Origin: Rhynchopus sp. YZ270_cl-10 | Taxonomy: Eukaryota | Assembly: GCA_964035575.1 (NCBI GenBank) | Contig: OZ037837.1 | Coordinates: forward strand, 620,001 to 684,000 | DNA length: 64,000 nt | Reading direction: 5' to 3' | Shown: positions 12,641 through 25,710 of the stretch, one piece after another | Layout: every line of letters starts with the position of its first letter | Numbering within the stretch: the stretch's first letter is position 1 | Made by a program: the position numbers and the translations under genes | Notes under the pieces: model-generated | Seen by the model: the letters and a program-made list of their open reading frames with translations, nothing else | The model's database searches: none | What the model was told of the DNA's origin: nothing

Positions 12641-13926
12641 GTCCAAAAACACTCTGAGGTACTATTATTCTGAAATATGAGATTCAATGGTTTCTTAAGG
12701 AAATCTTCATAACGTGAGATCTCTGAAAATCCTCGAAAACGAACCCCGCCGGAGGCGGATTTTTTTTTTCTACACGTGCGAGCAAAAATGCTTATTTCTT
12801 GCTTATTTCGCACATTTGGGAGCACGGGACCCCAACATTATTTTTTTCTGGTCGCTTTTTCCCAGACAGAAGTGCCCTACCTACCTTCCCCCTTACGGCC
12901 CTCCGAGACTTCGTCCGTCCTGACTTCAACCTACCAACCATAAAAATTATTTTTTTTGTAGTTGTGTCCCAATTATTTTTTTTTTTGGGATTTCCAAAAA
13001 TCTGTTCGCGCGCAGGACACTAAACAATATTTTTAATTGTGCTACCCTAACTTAATTATGGTAAATATTGGAGTTACCCATAATATTACACTACTGGTAA
13101 AAAAATCGCGAAAGGTAAATTCGGGATGAGGTTTAAAAGTTGAAACGCTTCCTCACCCCCCCAGATCACACCCGCATTCATATCATGAATTGCCGCAGCG
13201 TAGCAGCCACACGGGCTTTAAAAACACACACAAAAAAACCCCTAACTTGAAAGACAAGCCCCGTGTACTACCTACAACGGAAATGGAAAAGAAAGTGAAG
13301 TTGATAGTGCAAACGCCTCTGGGACAAGCACTGACACTCCGCGGGTTATCGAACCCCAAAGAGAAGAAATATTAATAGATGAATACTGCCCATGCATAAT
13401 GCCGACACATCCTTCAACGTTATTTGAAACCCCAACAAAGACGAAACGTGCACCGGCAACCTTTCTAGACATACAATATTAACGCGTACGAAATCAATCG
13501 TTGCGTACAATTTGCTACAGTGATCCCAAGACACATACGGCGGGGGGGTTTAAAAAAAATCCAAGAAAAGTTTATAAGATGATCCTAAGCCTCTCATGCA
13601 TAGTCACCTTTGCCGCCCAATTAAGGTGATTTTTGGAAAAAAAATTTCTTTTTCAAAACCCCGGGGGGTTTTTTTTACACCCCCCTCCGATTCTTAGAGC
13701 ACGAATCGATGAATTCTCGCGAACCCACCTCCACTCAATATACGACTTCGAATTTTTATCACTACGTTTTTTTGCTTTTTTTTTTGTTTTTGCTTTTTTT
13801 TGTTTTTTTTTTTTTGAAAAGTTGGTTGCATTAGTGTAACCAAGTTTCAATTTAAGTTTCAATATCAAAGCATCATCCTTTTTCCTTGCAACCGATTGGT
13901 CCTCCACACATTCCCCCTCTCCTCTC

Positions 13927-14427
13927 TCAATAGTACCCAGCATTCGGCGCCTGCTGGTACTGTGGCGGTGGTGGGTAGGAATAGTCCTGTTGTGGCTGCC
14001 CATAGACAGGGCTTTGGTAGCCTTGCTGCGGCTGTTGGTATTGTGGGTACTCGTACTGGGGGCTTTGTGGGGGTTTGGATTCTTTGAAGCAGGCTTTCTT
14101 TGTGCAGTAGAGTGCAAGCACGATGAGGAGGATGAAGCAGCAGCATAGGACCAGAACAATGATGACAACGACGATGACAATGATGGCCGCTTTGCATTGG
14201 TCAGACGTACCGCACTCACCACTGACGCAGCAGTTGTGCGGGCAGTCCTGTGTGCGTACTGTGGTGGCCGGTTGGACCTCGGTGTTCAGGCAGAAGCTGT
14301 CGTCATCGTCGGTATCGCTGCTGCGCCGTCTGTTGCGTGCGCCGGACTTTGCAATCTTCTTCCCAATTGCATCAACATCCCAACCCATAGCCAACACAAC
14401 AAAAAGAATTATAGCATTGAACCGCAT
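13927..14427 (-). CDS. Type I membrane protein (166 aa): signal peptide, small Cys-rich ectodomain, TM, Pro/Gln/Tyr-rich tail
   Basis: MRFNAIILFVVLAMG signal; CPHNCCVSGECGTSDQC; long hydrophobic stretch; PQYQQP/YPPPPQY tail. Confidence 0.85.
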   Translation of the reverse strand: MRFNAIILFVVLAMGWDVDAIGKKIAKSGARNRRRSSDTDDDDSFCLNTEVQPATTVRTQDCPHNCCVSGECGTSDQCKAAIIVIVVVIIVLVLCCCFILLIVLALYCTKKACFKESKPPQSPQYEYPQYQQPQQGYQSPVYGQPQQDYSYPPPPQYQQAPNAGYY

Positions 14428-16678
14428 TGTGTGAGTAGTGTTTTCTGGGGATGATTATACTAGATGTAGATCCAAAAAAAAAAAGGGGGGGAAGGGGGAG
14501 GGGGAGGGGGAATGAAAACACCGCTCTTTTATTTGTGTGTTGCTTGCGACATGGTTTTTGAAGGTGTTTTGAGGGGAGTAGTGGTGTTTCAACTGCTTCT
14601 GAGTACCCACCGTTAACACGAATTCCTCACATCGCGACAGGGTTGTGAAGGAATTTTTGTCCTAAAAAATACCTTTTTTTACTTTTGTGTTTTTGAGTCG
14701 CTGGGTTTTGCAAGAATAAAAACCCTAAAATCGGGCAAAATACTCCAAAAAACATCGTTTTTTTGTGAAAAAAAAATTGCACTGAAAATCACAGAACATG
14801 AAAGTGAAATGACATTTGTCCCAGGACTTCTTGTCCATTTTGGCCTTTTATGCCCCAAAAAAGTTACTAATGTAGTGGGTTGTGAAGAAAACATTTTCTC
14901 GGGAACATCCGAGGATTTTCTGAGCACATAGAGCTTTTTTTACTTATTTACCAATTTTTTAGAACAGCCAACACACTGAGCTAGAATATCCTAGCGACAT
15001 AGGCGGGTTGGAACGGTATTGGCACTGTGTGCCCAATACAACCGCCTTTGCTGTAGCTGCTGCGTACTACGGTTATTTGTTGGCCTTCGCAACATTGGTT
15101 TGGACTTTACAAAGTCTTTACAAAGTCTTTTATATCCCACAGGGTATACGTTATTCCCTCGAGAAAAGTCTTTACGGTATACCTCTACGGCCTTCTACCA
15201 CGCCATCACATTGAAAAAAACATGTCAGCGGGCACTCCTATTCCTTTCTCTGTCCTCTTGTGCAAAGAGTGGGTGCAAAACTTGGAAGAAAAGAAGTAAT
15301 AAAAGTAGTTGATATGCAAAAAGAGAGAACGAAACGGAACAAAACAGAACAAAAGGAAAGTACTATTAAGAAAACGCACACAGCCTGGTTAAGAGGAACA
15401 CTTAAAAGTGAAATGAAGTAGACTTTTCGCAGAGGAACACACACCCATCCTTCACAGAATTCCACAACACGATGAAAATAGTACCCGGATATCGATCTTG
15501 GGCGAAGTGCTTGGGGGTAGAAAGTACTACGGTGTCAATAGCGATCTTCACAAAGGAAAAAACGGGAAACGAAACAGGGGGAGAGTGTAGTACGTTTCTA
15601 TCTTTCGCAGAATTGCAAACGAAGAATAGTCGTAAGTATGTATCGATCTCGCGCGGGAAGTGCTTGGGGTAGAAAATAGATTAAGATATAATTTTCAATC
15701 GAAAGATGGAGTTTTATCCACCAGCGTCGTCTCCTCTTTTTTTTAAATTTAAAAAGAATCTTTTGGTTTGTTTTTTGTTCTTTTGCAAGTAAAATAAAAA
15801 GTACAAATAGAAAAAAGTGGTACGTGTCGTTCCCTCACCCCCTTTGTTGTAGTTGTTTGATGCGTTGACGCTCACACACAATCTCTGTTGGGTGCTGCGG
15901 AGCACGGTTGGGTGAGGTGAACAGCGATGACACTTTGCCGCTCACAAAGTAGTGTGCGTAAAAATAATCTGAGAAGAAAAAAAGGGGGGTTGATTTGATT
16001 ATTGATGGACGTTACCATGCCACATCATCGCGTATTGACGCGAAATGAATGGAGCTTTCGTAGAGTACGGAAAATATTTTGAGGCAAAAATAAAAACTGA
16101 TATCTGAGTTTTAGCTAGTCTGAACGAAATCAGAAAAAGAATTTTTTTTCATTGATCGCACCGGATTTTTGTGGAGCGTATTGGGACAAAATCAAAAACT
16201 TTTCTGTGAATAAGTTGTGTCGTGTTTGTGTCGCTCTCACTAAAAATTCGGGCACAACTCAGATATGCTTTCATTTCCTCCCTCTACAACCTTTGCAAGG
16301 CAGTTGTCTCAAAAAAAAATAATCTCAAACTGGATCAGATGGGATATGCCATTAAAAACCCGAATGCTTCCTCCAGTACTGTCCTTTGAACACGGAAACA
16401 TAGAATCTGACGTCTGGGGATGTGACAAATTAATAAAAAGAAATCAAAAGAGAAAAAAAAACTTTTCGTTTATCGCTCTGCAAATGTGTGGTTTTTTTTC
16501 GCTGTATGAGTAGTGAAAAGTGGCGTTGAAACAAATACTGGATAGCAATCTGTTGTAGTCACGCACCTTCCGTCCGATTCTATTTCCTTCTTGCCAATGC
16601 TTGCTATATAAAAAAAAAACACACACACACACAAACACACATTTTTCAATGCAACACACTAGACAATTATTTCATTTA

Positions 16679-16924
16679 CCTACCCTCCCCCGTGTATATG
16701 TCCTGTGCATATGTCCGTATTGGCCGAGGCTCGGACATATACACATGCTGCACATCAGGTAGTATACTACAGTGTACAGCGGTAAAAACCCATTCCGAGC
16801 TTTCCGTCCGGTACGTTGGCGGGGCATCTCCGCTCATATGTGTATATGTCCGGAAAATTTTCAGAAAAGTGCCGGACATATACACATCAAAATGGGTCCG
16901 GACATATACACGGGGGAGGGTAGG
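16679..16924. mobile_element. TA-flanked MITE
   Basis: TA|CCTACCCTCCCCCGTGTATATGTCC ... GGACATATACACGGGGGAGGGTAGG|TA. Confidence 0.8.
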
Positions 16925-17267
16925 TACGTTCTTTTCTGAAAGAATAGACGACATAGAGGGTGCGAAAAAAGTACCCTGGCTTTTAGACAAAAAAAACTCC
17001 GCTCATTGTGACCCTGTTTAGCGTAGGAAGACTGGCTCGTCATCCAAACACAGGTGTTGTCATGGGGTACTTAGATGGGGTGGGAAACAGCCCGACAACA
17101 GAAATGGCAATCTTGGTTGGCATCTCCCCAAGGCAGTTCCTTGAGTAATAGAGAAAGCAAAAAAAAAAAAAAAAAAAAAAAAATGCAAAACATGAAAAAT
17201 TATTAAAAAATAAAAACTCTGTTCCTCCTTTTGTTTAGTTGGTGTGCTACCCATATCATATGGGTCA

Positions 17268-18533
17268 GTCCATAAACCACCCCCCCCAAAAGGTAACCTG
17301 GGGTCCTTATTTCTATTTCATCTGGGTTCTACTGGGACTTTCTCCCCGATTTTTTTTTTAATGAACTCAGAGTTAAGTTTCTGGGTTCAATAAAAAAAAC
17401 GACGAGCAAAAAGTCCAATTGGAAATATGATGGATACCCCCCGAGAGCAAAATAAACCAACGGTAAAAATTGGTACCCTTGGTTTCCTATAGGTTCCTAT
17501 AGGAAACCTACATTTTCCCATAATTTCCCACACAACTTACTTGACAACAGGATGAAAACAAATACAAAAATGGCAAAAGTGAGTAAAACCGTGCAAGGGG
17601 CACTGGACTTTGCTAGGGCTCTGGGGGAAACGCAGTTCTCAGGGGAGAAGACTCGCAAGGGGTTCTTGCCTACGCGAAGGCACGCAGTTGTTACCGTAGG
17701 GGTTTCCGGGAAGACGTGTGGTTCAAAGCTTTATGGAAAGCGAGAGGAATATCCCTCATCCTTCACAGGAAGAACACCACCCGTGAGGGACGCGCGGTCC
17801 AACTGTATTTCTGCAGTAACCTGGATGAGTGTGTGGGTGCCATCAGAAGGTACGTTTTGCACAAGCCTTCCGCGTGTTTGGAGGCACGGACAACGACGCC
17901 GCTGCCATTCTCCTTGCTGTAAGGGGTAAATACGCGTTCACCCCTCCGTACCTTCTGATGGCACCCACACACTCATCCAGGTTACTGCAGAAATACAGTT
18001 GGACCGCGCGTCCCTCACGGGTGGTGTTCTTCCTGTGAAGGATGAGGGATATTCCTCTCGCTTTCCATAAAGCTTTGAACCACACGTCTTCCCGGAAACC
18101 CCTACGGTAACAACTGCGTGCCTTCGCGTAGGCAAGAACCCCTTGCGAGTCTTCTCCCCTGAGAACTGCGTTTCCCCCAGAGCCCTAGCAAAGTCCAGTG
18201 CCCCTTGCACGGTTTTACTCACTTTTGCCATTTTTGTATTTGTTTTCATCCTGTTGTCAAGTAAGTTGTGTGGGAAATTATGGGAAAATGTAGGTTTCCT
18301 ATAGGAACCTATAGGAAACCAAGGGTACCAATTTTTACCGTTGGTTTATTTTGCTCTCGGGGGGTATCCATCATATTTCCAATTGGACTTTTTGCTCGTC
18401 GTTTTTTTTATTGAACCCAGAAACTTAACTCTGAGTTCATTAAAAAAAAAATCGGGGAGAAAGTCCCAGTAGAACCCAGATGAAATAAAAATAAGGACCC
18501 CAGGTTACCTTTTGGGGGGGGTGGTTTATGGAC
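17268..18533. repeat. Long inverted repeat / foldback: two 587-bp arms, 92-bp spacer
   Basis: 17268-17854 is the reverse complement of 17947-18533 with no indel; one mismatch noticed; the ORF track shows mirrored identical ORFs. Confidence 0.95.
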
Positions 18534-20432
18534 CGTGCCATATGCATTGCCAGTCAAGGGGTTTTTATGGGTAAAGTTTTGTTCTTTTTTGGCGTGACAA
18601 AGACAAAATTATTTTAACCCCCAAAACATCCAGAAAAGGATGTGAAAAAAAAACCTTGCCTGAAGTACAGTAATGAGGTGCGTGCACAATAGAAAGGGAA
18701 GAGAATAAACAAAAAAGAAAAGTTTCAGACGTTTGAATCATTTACCACCACAAAGTCTTTGTCCTAATAAGATTAAGATATTATTTTCAATCGAAAGATG
18801 GAGTTTATCCATCTAATAAAAAAAAGTGAAGTTATTAATGCAGGCACCTCCGACTGACTCACTACGTTACCAGCCCCGGATGAAAGCACAAGGAACCTGT
18901 AGCCAACAACAACAAAAAAATTACCATAATAAATATGGCCCTCGCACAACAACAATGAACTGTCGAGCATCCCTAATGAACATTAACCAGAAGAAGAGAC
19001 AGTATTTCCGAACTACGTTATGTGGTGCTCCTGTCGACCCCATTTTGCGTACTCGTTGCGCACTTTGTGCACAAAAAAAAAAAAAATACAGGAATGCCCT
19101 ATATTGCGTACTTGTTGCGTACTTGGTATTTTTTATTTCTGGGGTACCACTATTCCAATCAATTTGAAAAATCTGAAAAATATGAAAAATCTGAAAAATC
19201 TGAAAAAGGGCCCGATCATTCCGGTTTATATTATTTCCTAACAACCGCTGCGTACTGCTGCGTATGTTGTATGCAACACAGAAAAAGTGCTGCTTCTTGA
19301 AGATCAAACTTGGCCTAGTAAGTCCCTGTGAACAGCTACCTGAAACTGCATTCAGAAAACTGCATTTTGCGGAGCTAAGACAACTCGACGTGGGGAGGGG
19401 CCGGAACAAAGAATAAGAAATCGGAAAAAGAAAATTGTGTAAAAGAACTAAGGGTAGGCACACTTTTTTATTTGTTTAATGTTCGCGCGCGCGGAAAATT
19501 TTGAGATTCCAAAAAAAAAAAAACATGGAAGAAAAAAAAAACATTGCCTTACGTCAACAGGTTATCTTAACTTTCCCCCCCGTCTTCCTCCACGGGAAAA
19601 ATCAACCAAATATCTTCGAACACAGAATCATCCATATACGAGTGGGTCACATGATATAATTCTATCATCCGTGGAGAGGAATCGGCTCGCGCATCAAAAG
19701 AAAGCAGAGAAAAGGGGAAAATAAAAAGACAAAAGTTGGGTACCGTGCGCCTGCGGCGCTACCTGTTCCCAGTCAGGAACGCCACAATTTTATCCGAATG
19801 TGGATTTTCCGACCTGAAAATGACTTGTTTATGAGGATGGGTTCATATTTTGTGGAAATTTATGCCACTAAAATTTTGTCGGTTTTTCTGTATGTCCCCC
19901 ACCACAGAACGAGCGGATTCTGGAAATGCCTATCGCGGCATGTTTGGGCTGAAAACCCACTGTTTTTCCTTGAAAAAAATTGCTTCCGGATGTCGGAATT
20001 TCCCGGAAAATTTCCAGAATTAGAAGACAGCCTGGCTTCGATGTTTTATTTTTGCTGTGTCTCTGTGTGTGTGTTTTTTTCTTTGTGTGTTTTTTTCTGC
20101 GCGCGCGCGCGGAACTTTTTGGGACCCGACCGAGCATTAAACACAAGAAAAATTGTGCCTACCCTAATAAACATTGCACGCACTTCTTTTTTTTTAGGAA
20201 AATTTTGGTAAAGTGATCCTAAGCGTCTCATGCTGTGTTCAGACAGCAGGGGGGGGGAAAACAAAAAATCAGAACTAAAAACACCCAATTTTAAGGACGG
20301 AACAGTAAGTCCTTTTTCGCAAATATTTTTTTTTTTTTTTTGGGGAAACCCTGCAAAAAAACGGCAACAAAAAAATAGCAAACTTCTGATAGGTAAGTTT
20401 TTCGTTGATTGCAAATGGAATTCGAATGAGGC

Positions 20433-22622
20433 TTATTCTTCTGTTCTCGGCGTGTCGTACATCGTCATCTCCTGGCTTGAGATCTCACTGTCCTTCAACC
20501 CTTCTTCGAGTCCATTGTCGGAAGGCTGTCCCCAACCACGTTCCCTGCGAGCGTTGCGCCTGCAGTAGTACGTGACTGCGGCCAATAGACCTATGCAGCA
20601 GATGCCCTGTACACAGATGAGCACAATGATGAGCACGTAGGAAGTGCCGTCCTCTGTATCCCCAAGGGCGCTCGATCGGTTGAGCTGTGTGTGGTGGGGA
20701 GCATGTGGGGGCTTTGAAAAACAATGAAAAAGTTTAAATCTGTTATCAATGCATGGTCACCAAAAAAAAACGCTGTGTGGGGGGGCCACACAGCAGAGAA
20801 TAAGCCGGGTCCCCGAGTCTTATTCTCTGCTGTGGGGGGGGGATTTTTTATTATTATTTTTTTTTTTAAATAGGTAGGAAAAATAAAATTCTCCTTATTT
20901 AAAACAAAGGGCACTCCGTATCCAAAACAGGGGGGCAGTCTGGGGACAAAAACAGATTTCTGTATTGGGGAGGGTGGGAGTGTTTTTCGCTAAAAGGTAG
21001 GATTAAAAGTAAAAGAAAAGATGTAAACATCGGGTAGTCAAAGTCCATTTAGAGTATACATAGATACATACAAGCAGTATATAATACATGTAGCCCTAAA
21101 AAATACGAGGTCCGAAAACCAACATTTATAGGGACCAAGGAGTCGTGGTGAGTTCACGTAGTGATCAGTTACCGTGAAACATCCACTGGACGAAAAACAC
21201 TAGAAAAAAATCAGCTGAAAATAAAAACGTAAACGAGATATTCTATCTTGTATCTGGCGTAACAAAAAACGGCGTCCACGTATCATTGGTTGAGCGACGC
21301 TTGCCCAGATGACCCGTACCAGGAGAATAAAATTACAAAGAAAAGGAAAATAACAAAATAAACATTAAGCACAACATGAGTATCCCAAAGTAGTATACAG
21401 ACAGCTGTGGGGGGGGGGGAGGGGGAAAGGGTCATACCGAAGGCCTAATCAGACTAGGCACGCTCGTCACTGCAGGCGATGAAGTAGGCACTGCCGGTAC
21501 ACTCGCAGGCGAGGAGGTCGACACTACCGGGGCTGTTGTAGGTGATGTAGTAGCCGGGATAGGTACGGCTGTCTGAGGAGCGTCTGTTGGGGGTGCTGGA
21601 GGTGAAGGTGAAGAAGGTGTGTCTGTCGGCGCCGTTGTCGAAGGCGCAACTGTCGAAGGTGCAGCAGTCGGAGTAGACGGAACACTCTTCCCCAGGCTGA
21701 ACATCTTCCACCCCTTCCCGTCCACCACAGCAAGACGTGTTGCGCCCTTCCCGAACGCACCTGACGTCACTTCCCCCTCTGCACAGAACGTTGCGACATC
21801 GCTGGGACTCTTCGCATCAACGACACGCACACTGCCGTCTGCGTGCAGCATTCCGAACACACTATCTCCGTCGGAGAAAATGCTGGTTGCGGAGTAGGTC
21901 GGAATATTTGCCACGCTGTTGCCTGACTGCGATATCACATACAGCCAGGATGTCGTCAGAAACCCGCTATAGGCCCCTGCAAGCACAGCGTCGTACGGCT
22001 TGCCGTTCCCGCCCCATTTGATCGGGGAACCTGCCGACCCCGAGGCAACATCGTACACCGTCACCCCAGAGTTGGTGCAGGCGGCAAGCTCCTGCCCATC
22101 GGGGGACAGCGAAGCGCACGAGGTGATGCCGGAGTCGAGGAGCAACGTGCCTGCACTGTTCCACACCTTCGCCTCATTGCCGTACACAGAGGCGAAGATG
22201 GCGTCGCTGTTTGAGTACATCACCTTTGAGACCCATCCTAAGTGCGCGCTGGAAATTGTTGTTGTCACGATTCCTGTTTTTATAGTTTTTATGATATTGT
22301 TGTTGGAAGTCATACCCGTAGTAGCGTTGATCACGTAGAGCGCTGTGTTGGACCCACAAAGAATCGATTCGCCGCTAGGGGAGTATGCGAGGGAAGCACA
22401 CCCGGTTGGCACCGATATGTTCTTCACAGCGCTGCCTGTGTCTGCTGAAAACACCTCGATGGTTGGGCCTTTGTTGCACGTTGCCACGAACTGCCCATCT
22501 GGAGAGTACGCTAGCGAAGAAACCGCACCCTCTGTGCTATATAGCCAACCCCCTAAATTCGCACATCCCGCACTCACAGGCTCGAATAGCGTCAGCGCAC
22601 ACACCAAGATAAACGATTTCAT
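20433..22622 (-). CDS. WD40-like beta-propeller + mucin-like stalk + TM surface protein; two exons (22622-21438, 20684-20433)
   Basis: Signal peptide; SLAYSPDG/SPSG WD40-like repeats; PST-rich stalk; phase-0 donor TCG|GTATGA and phase-0 acceptor cacacacag|CTC join in frame to a TM helix and acidic cytoplasmic tail. Confidence 0.8.
20789..20834. repeat. 46-bp hairpin/mini-MITE inside the predicted intron
   Basis: CACAGCAGAGAATAAG ccgggtccccgagt CTTATTCTCTGCTGTG; same ends and ccgggtccc core as 6387-6601. Confidence 0.65.
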
Positions 22623-23251
22623 CAGAGGGAAAAGGGAGAGAGAGAGAGGGTTGAAAGCGCCCTTTAAAAAGCTTCCACAGGTGACAAGCCGTGCTCAATC
22701 ACCTGAAGAAAGGGGAAAGAAGAGAGAAGCAAAAGAAAAAATGCAGTTGTTTCCTTGAGCTACTGTCTTGGGGAGAGGTAATGCTTTTTAAGTGGACACC
22801 TGGGAGGATGAGTGGAGTTGGGGTGTCGTGGTGTTGGGTGCGGGTCGGGTGTTTATGCGACAACGAACGAAGGGAAGCTGCAAAAGCTGCAAAATATGCA
22901 AGAACAACTCTGGACGCAGATACCGAAGCTCACAAAGGAGATGATGATATGAAGTTGTGCAGTTTTACAGAATGTCAGCGGGTGTTGAGGAAGGCCCTAA
23001 GGAAGGCATGAAGGAAGCTAAAAAATAAAGTTGATTTGAAATACAAATCCCTGTCGTGACAGTGTGCGTATAATAAAAATACGCGGTGTTTTGGCAACAC
23101 TCACGACTCACTTTAGCGCGAGAGGGCGCTCTTTGGGGAGGTTTTTTTTTAGGCTTCTGTCTTTAGATCCTGTGGTGAGACAGTGCATTTCGGAAGCCTG
23201 GCACAATACACTATAAGTGTCCAGTGCTGTGTCGACGCTCTTTTTTTGTTG

Positions 23252-24616
23252 TCACGAAAGCGCTTCCGCGCCATGCTTGAGGAGAACCTGCACCACGTCC
23301 ACGTGCCCTTTCTGCCTCGCGTAGTATAGTGCAGTGTGGCCGGACGTACCTCGGTGATTCACTTCCACCTCAGGCAGGCCCACAAGATAGCGTACGATAT
23401 CAGTGTGGCCCTGGCGCGATGCAGGGAAAATACATGTGTGTCCGTTGTCGTCTGGGGCACGCACGTCTGCACCTGCGCTGACCAACATCTTCACAATGTC
23501 AAGTCGCCCGCCCTCAGTTGCCTTGTGCAGAGGCGGCCACCTATAGGTGTCCTTTGCCTCGATGTCTGCCCCTGCATCAATGAGCAACTGCACCACATCT
23601 GCCTGCTTCTTATACGCTGCGTGGTGCAACGCAGTGCGGCCGTTATTGTCTCCTTGGTCCACTTCCACATCTGGCATGCACAGAAGAGTACACACGATTT
23701 CAGTATCCCCACCATGTGCTGCAAGTATGACACACGTTCTTCCATGCGTGTCTGCAACATTCACCCCAGCACCTGCTCTCAGCAACACCTCCACAGTTCG
23801 GAGGCACCGACGAAGGATTGCCACCTGGAGTGGTGAAAGGTCACAGCTTTCCCGCGTCTCGAGGTCCGCCCCTGAATCAATGAGCACCCGAGCCATGTCT
23901 GCATCCTTTTGTGCAGCGAGGTGCAACGCAGTGTGACGAAAGGAAGAACTCCTGTGATTCACGTCCACCTGTGGCAAGCCCACAAGATACCGCACGGTCT
24001 CAATGTTCCCACTGCCTGAAGAAGCAAGCATAAGACACGTGAACCCCTCGTTATCTGTGACAGGAACTTCCGCACCTGCTTTGACCAACATCTTCACAAC
24101 TGCAAGCTCACCACTCTTGCAGGCGTAGTGCAGAGGCGTACGTCCCATGTCGTCCTTTGTCTCGATGTCTGCCCCTGCATCAATGAGCACCTCACACACT
24201 GCAGGGTCCGACCACATGGCTGGACAGGGACGCGCTTTGATGTCCGTGTATTTGTGTGGGACAAACGCGACGTTACTGCAGACTGACTTCCAATGCTGCA
24301 AGAGGACCTCCGTGCACGCAGTGTGGTCTGCGTGGACACACTCACTCAGCAAGATCCCAAACCCCATCTGCGTTGTCTCAACATACGGAAGAAGCAGTGT
24401 CAGGCATTCATCGTGGTTCCCTCTGCATGCCTCGTGCACAGCATCAAAGGCAACTGTTTTGCTGTCTGCATCTGGGCTGAGCTTCTCAAGTCCCGCCCGC
24501 ACGGCAGCAGTGTTGCCGTTCCTCGCAGCCTCCACCAAGACCTCGTCTGCAGAAGGTTGTCTTCTCTTTGCCTTCTCGCTCAGTGTGCTGTCTGCGTGTT
24601 GCTCCTCCTTCGACAT
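23252..24616 (-). CDS. Ankyrin-repeat protein (454 aa), member 2
   Basis: Start placed at MSKEEQHADST by homology with paralogues; ANK motifs; C-terminus near-identical to members 7 and 8. Confidence 0.9.
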   Translation of the reverse strand: MSKEEQHADSTLSEKAKRRQPSADEVLVEAARNGNTAAVRAGLEKLSPDADSKTVAFDAVHEACRGNHDECLTLLLPYVETTQMGFGILLSECVHADHTACTEVLLQHWKSVCSNVAFVPHKYTDIKARPCPAMWSDPAVCEVLIDAGADIETKDDMGRTPLHYACKSGELAVVKMLVKAGAEVPVTDNEGFTCLMLASSGSGNIETVRYLVGLPQVDVNHRSSSFRHTALHLAAQKDADMARVLIDSGADLETRESCDLSPLQVAILRRCLRTVEVLLRAGAGVNVADTHGRTCVILAAHGGDTEIVCTLLCMPDVEVDQGDNNGRTALHHAAYKKQADVVQLLIDAGADIEAKDTYRWPPLHKATEGGRLDIVKMLVSAGADVRAPDDNGHTCIFPASRQGHTDIVRYLVGLPEVEVNHRGTSGHTALYYARQKGHVDVVQVLLKHGAEALS

Positions 24617-25168
24617 GGTTTTGAAGTCCCTGCTGAGAGCTTCTGTGGAGGGGTAGGGTATCTGAGGAACAAGTGGAGTGTGAAGCACGGCAAAAAACCC
24701 TTCAAGGGTGCCTTTAGGGCAATGCAGATAGGACTACGCACTCGCATCGCCTCGGCAGGTTGTAAGGCGTGGCTAGCAACGGTAATTCCTTAACAAAAAT
24801 CTGTCCAAAAGTATTATTTGGTATTATTCTGTCATTTTTGGCAATCGGCGGTGTTTTCATCTTTTGGTACATATAGGCGTCAAAATCTCAGTGTCAGAAC
24901 GACGTGGTGGGGGGCATGCGGGGTGGGAAGCAGTATAATACATGAGTTTTGGCCACTTTCAAAAAATCATGTATAATACCCATCTGTTGTTCAGCATTTT
25001 ATTTTGGGGTAAGGACATTCTGGTACCCCCAAGTTTGACTTTTGGACAATTCAGACGCACAAGGTTTGCACTTTGGACAGTTCAGACCTTGTGGGTCTGA
25101 AGTGTCCCTAATGCAAACCTTGTGAACCTTGTGGTCTGAAGTGTCCAAAATGCAAACCTTGTGGTTCT

Positions 25169-25592
25169 AAGCTCAAGTGTTACTGTGTTCTTAGGCATGA
25201 GTGAGGAGTACAAGAGTCGAGCATGGAGCCACATTTAGGTAAGCTGCGCAGATCGCAGTAGAAGGTGAAGAAGGGGAGGAGGAGGGGAAAGGAAGGGGAA
25301 GGGGAGAACCATTTTTTGAACCCCAAAAAACCGGAAATTTCCGGGAAACCCCCCGAAACCCGTGTCCTGAAGTACGGGGGAGAGGTGGAGCACAAAAAAA
25401 GGGGCAAAGGGGAAACGGTAAGACCCATGACAAGCAAAGAAATCGTCTTTCACTTCCAGACGTATTGCAGACTCGCACAAATGAAACATCGGGTCACTGA
25501 GACCTCAGAACTAAACACTATCCCCCTCCCTCCCCTCCCGAGACAAGACAATGTATGGGCCAGTGTGATGCATACAAACTTCCCAAGTGGAG
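25169..25592 (-). mobile_element. Short interspersed element containing a diverged copy of the YR-retrotransposon A repeat
   Basis: ~25320-25485 aligns with 56971-57125 (cgtgtcctgaagtacgg..gagaggtggagcacaa...tctttcacttccagacgtattgca); whole unit repeated at 31693-32086. Confidence 0.75.
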
Positions 25593-25710
25593 TTAGCAGT
25601 TCCGCTTGAGCTAGATTGACGGTGTGGACTATGCTGATTGGCACACCCTCTCTGCAGACACTTGCACTGTCCCCTTCTGTCAGAACACAGCCACCACCCC
25701 TCGCGGAACA

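Noticed and set aside
17552..18249. Convergent identical ORFs MKTNTK...
   Set aside because: A consequence of the inverted repeat; no recognisable protein
22860..23011. REAAKAAKYA resembling the RLE E..K..KY motif
   Set aside because: Too short and lacks the downstream PFAVE-like motif
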